Assembly: GCA_020846885.1 (NCBI GenBank)
Contig: JADLDC010000267.1
Location: 5,308 to 69,307, forward strand
Length of the DNA stretch: 64,000 nt
Reading direction: 5' to 3'
From: Acidobacteriota bacterium
GTDB lineage: Bacteria; Acidobacteriota; Blastocatellia; Pyrinomonadales; Pyrinomonadaceae
This document shows positions 35,316 to 41,339 of the stretch, piece after piece. Below the pieces are notes generated by a model that was given only the letters and a program-made list of their open reading frames with translations, was not told the origin of the DNA and did not search any database. The first letter of the stretch is position 1, and the number at the start of each line of letters is the position of its first letter. A program made the translations under genes and the position numbers.

Positions 35316-35535
35316 TAAGATAGCGATCGCGATGATCGAGCTAGTGTGGCAAAAGCGTCTCAGCCGGCGATACGCCGAGAAGCGGAACTGCATTTGCCGG
35401 TTCTTTCCCTCGTGTTCTGAATACTCAAAGTTGGCTCTTGGCAAGTATGGGTTTGTTGACGCGGTGGCTAAAACCCATTGCAGGATCAGGCGTTGCACGC
35501 CGGACAATACGGATACCTGTATCGACTTTCCTTAG
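35296..35535 (+). CDS. yidD: YidD-family (membrane protein insertion efficiency factor-like) protein
   Basis: The YidD hallmarks CRFFPSCSEYSKLAL ... RIRRCTP ... D.P are all present in a 79-aa ORF. Confidence 0.7.
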   Translation: MPIGFINKIAIAMIELVWQKRLSRRYAEKRNCICRFFPSCSEYSKLALGKYGFVDAVAKTHCRIRRCTPDNTDTCIDFP

Positions 35536-35618
35536 CCCATCTCTTCGTTCCAAAATCGTATGAGCATCATTGTTTTGGTTGCCGATCTTCCTGAAGGTTC
35601 CGCCGGCGTTCAAGGGCT

Positions 35619-35858
35619 TCATGTTTCGTCCTCGACATAGCCGGCCCATTTCCAGAACGAATCTTCATAGACTTCCCAGCCGGAGCGGGCGGCGGTGCCG
35701 GTTGGGGTTTCTAAAATACCTTCTTCGCACAATCTGATCAGAGTTTGCCTGGACGGGCACGGAACAATAATACGGTAAAGCCGGATAATCCGCTCGACCT
35801 CGGAGAGGCGGAGACGTGTGCGCGGCCGAAAGTTCGGGGGCAAGAGTATCTGGGCCAT
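35619..35858 (-). CDS. small HTH-like protein downstream of repeat module copy 1
   Basis: 79 aa (RLSEVERIIRLYRIIVPCPSRQTLIRLCEEGILE). Weak resemblance to the small ORF at 46652-46870, which sits behind repeat module copy 2. Confidence 0.45.
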   Translation of the reverse strand: MAQILLPPNFRPRTRLRLSEVERIIRLYRIIVPCPSRQTLIRLCEEGILETPTGTAARSGWEVYEDSFWKWAGYVEDET

Positions 35859-35900
35859 ATCTCAAGAGAAGATCACCCGCCAAGAGCATAGGCGGTACTA

Positions 35901-36051
35901 ACCTTTCCAAATGCGGTAAATCATTCCAACCGGAATAAACCTTCACATCTGCTATTTATTCGGACGTTCGTAATTCTTTAATCTCGACGTGGCAAATTAA
36001 GAACCCACCCGCTAAAGGCGAGATGGTTGCGGACTGATCATGAGCAAGAAA
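35901..36051 (+). repeat. 151-bp module, copy 1 (AT-rich promoter-like core, hairpin, then ATGAGCAAGAAA)
   Basis: Near-identical to 46927-47077 apart from a 6-nt block and a few point changes. Confidence 0.9.
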
Positions 36052-36142
36052 ATGAAGAACCCACCCGCTAACGCGAGGTGGTTCTGACTGATCATGAGCA
36101 AGAAAATAAAGAACCCACCCGCTAACGCGAGGTGGTTCTGAC
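35996..36142 (+). repeat. tandem array (54-bp period, about 2.7 units) of hairpin AGAACCCACCCGCTAA.G.GAGGTGGTTCT plus ATGAGCAAGAAA
   Basis: Hairpins at 36000-36030, 36056-36085 and 36110-36139. Two 15-codon mini-ORFs (36040-36087 MSKKMKNPPANARWF and 36094-36141 MSKKIKNPPANARWF). Confidence 0.9.
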
Positions 36143-36205
36143 GAGCAAGGCTGCCGAGAGAGGGGCCGTTCTGGCCTAATTTAAATATTTTCCGTGGAGA
36201 AATCA

Positions 36206-36673
36206 ATGGCAAAAATGACGCGTGCCGAAGTCAGGGAGACGGTCGGCAAATGGGCGGCACTCTCCTTTAGGATCAGGAAACTTGAGGATGCCAAAGGCAA
36301 AGCCGTAAAAACGTTCAACGACGCACACGGCGCGGAGCTGGCGGCGATAGACGAGGCCCATGACCCGAAGATATTTGCCCTGACGTCAGAAAGGGCCGTG
36401 CTGGAGCGGCAGGTGATAGCGTGGCTTGAGGAATACAGGAAGCCGGTGACGATCGATGCCGGCGGAGCAACGGCGGCGAATGTGGAGAAGGCGGGCAACC
36501 GCGTGCTTCCGCCGCAGCGGTTCTTTGACTACTGCAAGGAGAAGAACGGGCAGTTCTGGGAATGCGTGACGATCGCGATCGGGCGTGCCGACGCGTTTCT
36601 CGGCAAGCAGGCCGTGACCGAACTGAGCGACAAGCCGACGAAGATCGAGGCCTCGCTCACACTAAGCAAGTAA
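36206..36673 (+). CDS. Gam-like host-nuclease inhibitor (Mu Gam family), tentative
   Basis: About 155 aa. N-terminal coiled coil followed by EKAGNRVLPPQRFFDYCKEKNGQFWECVTIAIGRADAFLG. Size and layout fit Mu Gam. GGAGA lies 5 nt before ATG 36206. Confidence 0.45.
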   Translation: MAKMTRAEVRETVGKWAALSFRIRKLEDAKGKAVKTFNDAHGAELAAIDEAHDPKIFALTSERAVLERQVIAWLEEYRKPVTIDAGGATAANVEKAGNRVLPPQRFFDYCKEKNGQFWECVTIAIGRADAFLGKQAVTELSDKPTKIEASLTLSK

Positions 36674-37855
36674 ATGGCATTTTCCCAAAAAACAAAGGTC
36701 ATCGCCGCGGCGATCGTACACATCTTCGAGACATCGAAGCCGCTTGGCGATTACGCTGCATACGCCGTTCTGGATGACGGTGCCGGCGTGTCCTACGGGA
36801 TCAACCAGTTCACGCACCGGTCGGGCTCGCTTTACGAGGTAATTGCGGCGTATCTCGGATCTGGCGGCGACGCGGGCCGGGCGGTGTTTGTGGAACTGCT
36901 GCCGATCCTGGCCCAGAAAACGAAGCGGGCGATCGACGCCCTGGCCGCGAACGCAAAATTTCGAAACGCGCTGAAAGCGGCCGCGGCGACCGCCGAGATG
37001 CGCCTGGCCCAGCAGGAGATCGCCTTTGGCCGGTACATGAGTGCGGCGATCGCGGCATGCGAGGGTTCGAACTTTGTTCAGCCGTTGACGCTGGCGGTCG
37101 TTTACGATTCGACGGTGCACGGGTCGTATGAGCGGATCCGCGACCGGGTGACGGTAAAGCGCGAACAATTTATGGCCGACGGGCATTTTGAGAAAGCGTG
37201 GGTGGCCGAATATACGGCCCGACGCGATGCCTGGCTCGAATCGGTCCCGAGGTTGAAAAAGACCGATTACCGGACGGACTTTTTTCTCGTGCAGATCGCG
37301 CGCGGGAACTGGGACCTCGACCTGCCGATGAACGTGCACGGCTACAAGCTGACAAGCAAGATCGTTGAGGGGCTCGACGTTCATGATACAAAAGATTTGA
37401 CGGCTGAAGCGGCGAAAGCCACTCAGACAAACCCTGCCAGTAACTTTCCTGAAATCGAGGACCCGCAAGATACCGCCGATGTGATCCCGCCAGCCGAAAG
37501 CTCTCAGCCGTCAAATGAAGAATCTCATAATTTTTCTTTTGCGGGATACGCCGGAAAGGCCGAGACGGCGGTGAACACGGCGGCCGAGAAGTTCGACCGC
37601 GTGAACAATGTGGCCGGCGTCGTTCTGAACCGAAAGGATTCGGCAAAATCGCTTTGGACGATGATAGGCGGAACGCTGTGGCAGGCGAAGATCGCCTTTA
37701 TTACGTTCTTTCTCGGGGTCCCGCGTGAGATATGGATAGTGGTTGCGGTGATATCAGGCCTGCTGATGCTGTTATACCTGTACCGGCAGATATCCTTAGG
37801 CAAGATACGCGAAAATGCAAAGGCCGCCCTGCAGGGCGTGGCCGATATGATCTAA
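36674..37855 (+). CDS. endolysin candidate: GH46/chitosanase-like glycosidase domain with C-terminal TM segments
   Basis: The N-terminus IFETSKPLGDYAAYAVLDDGAGVSYGINQFT fits the catalytic-Glu pattern of chitosanase-like lysozymes. Two C-terminal hydrophobic helices. It lies immediately upstream of holin- and spanin-like genes. Confidence 0.55.
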   Translation: MAFSQKTKVIAAAIVHIFETSKPLGDYAAYAVLDDGAGVSYGINQFTHRSGSLYEVIAAYLGSGGDAGRAVFVELLPILAQKTKRAIDALAANAKFRNALKAAAATAEMRLAQQEIAFGRYMSAAIAACEGSNFVQPLTLAVVYDSTVHGSYERIRDRVTVKREQFMADGHFEKAWVAEYTARRDAWLESVPRLKKTDYRTDFFLVQIARGNWDLDLPMNVHGYKLTSKIVEGLDVHDTKDLTAEAAKATQTNPASNFPEIEDPQDTADVIPPAESSQPSNEESHNFSFAGYAGKAETAVNTAAEKFDRVNNVAGVVLNRKDSAKSLWTMIGGTLWQAKIAFITFFLGVPREIWIVVAVISGLLMLLYLYRQISLGKIRENAKAALQGVADMI

Positions 37856-37860
37856 ATGTG

Positions 37861-38058
37861 ATGTCATTCCCTTCGGAGAACATGGCGAATGTATTTTTTG
37901 TTTCCGTGACCGGCGGCCCGGCCACGTTTTTCGCATTGGCGTTGAACCAGGTGGATATTGCGCTGATCGCGATCGGGGTCAATGTGCTGCTGGCGGTGCT
38001 GATGAAATGCATCGATATTGCGGTGCGGGTCTATTTTAAGGAGAAGAATGACAGGTAA
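37861..38058 (+). CDS. holin-like small membrane protein
   Basis: 65 aa with two TM helices and a charged C-terminus (YFKEKNDR). Assigned by position in the lysis cassette. Confidence 0.5.
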   Translation: MSFPSENMANVFFVSVTGGPATFFALALNQVDIALIAIGVNVLLAVLMKCIDIAVRVYFKEKNDR

Positions 38059-38491
38059 ACTGCCGATCACCGATGGCATTCGCGATCTGCTGGATGATCT
38101 GACAGGCGGCCAAAAGCTGCTGATAGGCGGTGTCGTTCTGGCGGTGCTGATCGCGGTTTGCTTTGGCGGATACGCATGGTCGGGATGGAAGATATCGCGG
38201 CTGGAAAAGGAAACCGCCGAGGCAAAGGTGCGGGCCGGACGGCTTGAGGACCTGGCGGCGAAGAAAGAAATCGAGGCCGAGCAATACAAACAAAAGATCG
38301 AACACCTTGAGGGCAGTTTGGCCGAGATCAAGGAGATAGCAAAAACCCAGGATGAGGAACTTGAAAAGCTTAATTTTAGTGTTCGCGGCAGTCGGGCTGA
38401 TGTTGAGCGTGCCCGCGGCATACGGTCAATCAGAACAACAGCCGACGAACTCTGCAAGCGGCTCGGCGAAGTCGGACATCCGTGCGAGTGA
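38048..38491 (+). CDS. i-spanin-like protein (N-terminal TM plus coiled coil)
   Basis: AAGGAG upstream of ATG 38048. TM segment LLIGGVVLAVLIAVCFGGYAW followed by a long coiled coil. Confidence 0.5.
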   Translation: MTGKLPITDGIRDLLDDLTGGQKLLIGGVVLAVLIAVCFGGYAWSGWKISRLEKETAEAKVRAGRLEDLAAKKEIEAEQYKQKIEHLEGSLAEIKEIAKTQDEELEKLNFSVRGSRADVERARGIRSIRTTADELCKRLGEVGHPCE

Positions 38492-38861
38492 AGAAGTTCA
38501 ACGTAAAGACGCGGAGACGCAAAGCAGGATCGTAAACGCATGCGCGGCGGCGGTTGATGAACTGAAAAAGATCAGGGCCTTTGCCGACGTTCTGGAGCGT
38601 GAAAACATTCTGCTTCGGGAACGGCTGGACACCGAAAAGGCGGCGGTAAAGGTCCTGACGGAATTAAATGAGACGCGCCGGTCGGAGGCCGAGGCCCTGC
38701 GAACGGCGGTGGCGGCGAAGAACGAAACGATCGCGGCCAAGGATGCGGTGATCGCAAGGCAGGACGAGCTTGTCGGGGTTTTGAAGAAAAAGAAATCGTC
38801 GCCCTGGAAACGGGTTGGCGATGTGCTGATCGGGGTTGCGGTCGCGGCGATTCTGAAATAG
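38352..38861 (+). CDS. secreted coiled-coil protein overlapping the i-spanin-like gene out of frame (o-spanin position but no lipobox; C-terminal TM)
   Basis: Signal peptide MRNLKSLILVFAAVGLMLSVPAAYG, then a coiled coil and a C-terminal helix VLIGVAVAAILK. It overlaps 38352-38491 in another frame. Confidence 0.45.
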   Translation: MRNLKSLILVFAAVGLMLSVPAAYGQSEQQPTNSASGSAKSDIRASEEVQRKDAETQSRIVNACAAAVDELKKIRAFADVLERENILLRERLDTEKAAVKVLTELNETRRSEAEALRTAVAAKNETIAAKDAVIARQDELVGVLKKKKSSPWKRVGDVLIGVAVAAILK

Positions 38862-38869
38862 GAGCGGAG

Positions 38870-38957
38870 CAACAAACTGAAGTTTGTTGGACATCGGGGA
38901 GCAACAAACTGAAGTTTGTTGGACATTGGGGAGCAACAAACTGAAGTTTGTTGGACA
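38870..38957 (+). repeat. three tandem copies (32-bp period) of CAACAAACTGAAGTTTGTTGGACA
   Basis: Copies at 38870-38893, 38902-38925 and 38934-38957. Each is preceded by GGAG/GGGAG. The last runs into the start codon region of the next gene. Confidence 0.95.
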
Positions 38958-39538
38958 TGGGCATGCCGAAGAAGATACATCCCGAATGCATCAGTGACTG
39001 CTTTGACCTGTATTTGAAATATAACGGGTCGAACTTTCCTGCGATCCAGAAAGAGATGCGGGAGAAAGGCTGGTCCACGTTTACGAGCCAGAACATCCGC
39101 AAAAAGGTGAAAGGCGAGTATGAGGGTTGGGAGATCGATTTTGGGTGGAAGAAAGCTTTAGACGAACGCAACGCCCGCAAAGGCCAGGTTGCGATGACCT
39201 CGGCCGAAGGGCTGCATTATGAGGTCGAATCGGTGCGGAAAAACCTTTACGAGGTGATCCTCGAAAAGGGTATCAGAGACCCCGATAACAAATGGCTGCT
39301 GTGGGAGCACGGCAAATACGTTAAGAAAACGGCGGAAATCTTGTCGTCGATGGACGCGGCCCGCGACAATTACGCGAACTTTGTTTTCTTTTTGAAGCAC
39401 CTGCTATCGGCCGCAACGAAGATATCGCCGGAGATGGCCAGAGCGTTGTGCGAGGCCGAGGATGCGTTGCTCGATTGGGCGGAGAAGAAATTTGTTGTGG
39501 AGGATGTTCACCACAGAGACACTGAGACACAGAGGTAG
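38957..39538 (+). CDS. putative small terminase / packaging accessory protein (by position)
   Basis: About 193 aa, first gene after the lysis cassette and upstream of the large terminase. No motif recognised. ATG at 38957 or 38963. Confidence 0.4.
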   Translation: MGMPKKIHPECISDCFDLYLKYNGSNFPAIQKEMREKGWSTFTSQNIRKKVKGEYEGWEIDFGWKKALDERNARKGQVAMTSAEGLHYEVESVRKNLYEVILEKGIRDPDNKWLLWEHGKYVKKTAEILSSMDAARDNYANFVFFLKHLLSAATKISPEMARALCEAEDALLDWAEKKFVVEDVHHRDTETQR

Positions 39539-39566
39539 TAGAAAAAATAGTGAAGGAGAAAAAAAT

Positions 39567-39767
39567 ATGCACGATAAAAATGGAAATCCGATCAAGAAAG
39601 GCGACCGTGTAACCGTGGAAGCCGAGATAATCGAGACCTCGGGCGGCGTTGAATTTTGCAATGTCGAGATCAAGGTTTCCGAAAAAGACCAGGAACACGG
39701 CGCGCACAATGTTACGTCTCAAATTTGGGTGAACAGCAAACAGACGACTCTGATCGAGGCAGACTAA
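39567..39767 (+). CDS. hypothetical small protein
   Basis: GAAGGAG upstream of ATG 39567. 66 aa. Confidence 0.45.
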   Translation: MHDKNGNPIKKGDRVTVEAEIIETSGGVEFCNVEIKVSEKDQEHGAHNVTSQIWVNSKQTTLIEAD

Positions 39768-39776
39768 ATACCAAAC

Positions 39777-41339
39777 TTGAAACGACCGACAAAACACGAT
39801 CATCGCCAGGCGGCGAAGCGGGAGATAAACAAGACCAGGCGGGAGCTTGGTCTTAATGCGTTGGAGTTTCCGGCGTGGCTGCCGGCGGTGTCGCCTTACT
39901 GGTCATGGAACTGGCGGCATCAGCTTTATCTTTACGAAAAGCTCGATCTGGTGACGCGCGGGCTTTGCAAGCGGCTGATGATCTTTATGCCGCCGCGTCA
40001 TTCAAAGAGCGAGACGGTGACGGTCAGGTATTCGGCGTATCGGCTTGAGCAAAATCCGCGGATGAACATCATTCTCGGCTGCTATAACCAAAAGCTGGCA
40101 AACCGATTTTCGAGAAAGACACGGCGGATATGTGCAAGCCGGATCGCGTTGGCTTCCGATCGGAAAGCGGTCGAGGAATGGGAGACGGCGATCGGCGGCG
40201 GTTTTCGTGCCGTCGGTGTCGGCGGCGGAATTACCGGTTTCGGCGGCGATCTGATAATGATCGACGATCCGGTGAAGAACCGCGAGGAAGCCGAATCGAA
40301 AACCTATCGCGAAAAGTGCTGGGATTGGTTCAAGGACGATCTTTATACGCGCCTGGAGCCGGGAGCGGCGATGGTGTTAACAATGACACGTTGGCACGAC
40401 GACGATCTGGCCGGACGGCTGTTGAAAGAAATGGCCGAGGATGGCGGCGAGCATTGGGAAGTGGTTAGCTTGCCGGCGATCGCGGAAGAGGGTTTCACCA
40501 CAGAGGCACAGAGTCACGGAGAAGAGGAAGAAGAGATTAACGCAGAGACGCGGAGACGCGGAGTGCAAGAAGGAGAAAGCCTGTCGGAAGGCAGTAGCGG
40601 ATCAAATCCTCTGCGTCTCGGCGTCTCTGCGTTGAACAGTTCTTCTGATCCGCTTGGCCGCGAGCCGGGTGAAGCTCTTTGCCCGGAGCGGTATGACATT
40701 GAGGCACTCGAACGGCTGAAGAAGAAACTTGGGGCATACTCGTTCGCGGCGTTGTTTCAGCAGCGGCCGATACCGATCGAGGGTGCATTGTTCAAGCGAA
40801 GCTGGTTTCCGGCGGATAAGATCCGCGACAAGGCACCGGAAGGTTTACGCTGGGCCCGCGGATATGATCTGGCGGTTTCGACGAAAACATCGGCCGACTA
40901 CACCGCCAGCTTCCGGTGTGCTTTCGACAAGGAAGGAAACTTGTGGATCGCCGACGGATTTCGAAAGCGGATCGAATACCCGGAGCAGCGGCGGTATGCG
41001 GTCCAGCGGATGGTTGCCGAGGGCAGGACGCAGCACGGCATCGAGAAAGCCCTGCACGGCCAGGCGTTCGTGCAGGACCTGCGGCGCGTTCCGGCGGTGA
41101 GAAATGTCGCGTTCAAGGCGGTGAAGGTCGATACGGATAAATTTACGCGAGCGTTGCCGTGGGCGAATCTTGCTGAAGAAGGGAAAGTTTATCTGGTCCG
41201 CGGGACATGGCTAAATGACCTGCTGGACGAATTAACAAGATTTACCGGAAACGGGGACACGCACGATGACCAGGTGGACGCCATTTCAATTGCAGTTTCG
41301 ATGTTAACCAAGCGTTCAGGAAAACTTCTTACGTTCTAG
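39777..41339 (+). CDS. terL: terminase large subunit (with an in-frame repeat-element insertion of about 51 aa)
   Basis: ATPase region MIFMPPRHSKSETVT (Walker A-like) and LIMIDDP (Walker B-like). The C-terminal nuclease region with HDDQVDA is typical of TerL. The start codon is TTG. Confidence 0.85.
   Translation: MKRPTKHDHRQAAKREINKTRRELGLNALEFPAWLPAVSPYWSWNWRHQLYLYEKLDLVTRGLCKRLMIFMPPRHSKSETVTVRYSAYRLEQNPRMNIILGCYNQKLANRFSRKTRRICASRIALASDRKAVEEWETAIGGGFRAVGVGGGITGFGGDLIMIDDPVKNREEAESKTYREKCWDWFKDDLYTRLEPGAAMVLTMTRWHDDDLAGRLLKEMAEDGGEHWEVVSLPAIAEEGFTTEAQSHGEEEEEINAETRRRGVQEGESLSEGSSGSNPLRLGVSALNSSSDPLGREPGEALCPERYDIEALERLKKKLGAYSFAALFQQRPIPIEGALFKRSWFPADKIRDKAPEGLRWARGYDLAVSTKTSADYTASFRCAFDKEGNLWIADGFRKRIEYPEQRRYAVQRMVAEGRTQHGIEKALHGQAFVQDLRRVPAVRNVAFKAVKVDTDKFTRALPWANLAEEGKVYLVRGTWLNDLLDELTRFTGNGDTHDDQVDAISIAVSMLTKRSGKLLTF
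40494..40646 (+). repeat. REP-like element inside terL: TTCACCACAGAGGCACAGAG box plus a 25-nt inverted repeat (40539-40563 / 40608-40633)
   Basis: AACGCAGAGACGCGGAGACGCGGAG pairs with CCTCTGCGTCTCGGCGTCTCTGCGTT. The CACAGAG box also occurs at 39507-39535 and 55886-55917. Confidence 0.8.

Noticed and set aside
35665-35946. ORFs beginning MKVYSGWNDLPHLER / MKVYRSWNDLPHLER (35665-35946 and 46652-46972) as conserved paralogous proteins
   Set aside because: The shared N-terminal peptide is simply the translation of the duplicated 151-bp non-coding module. Downstream of the module the two frames diverge completely. Shorter internal starts (35858 and 46870) are more plausible.
35996-36142. Possible CRISPR array (regularly spaced repeats); the same question was asked of 38867-38962
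   Set aside because: The units are contiguous tandem repeats with no unique spacers between them (54-bp and 32-bp periods, with the whole period repeated). No cas genes are nearby.
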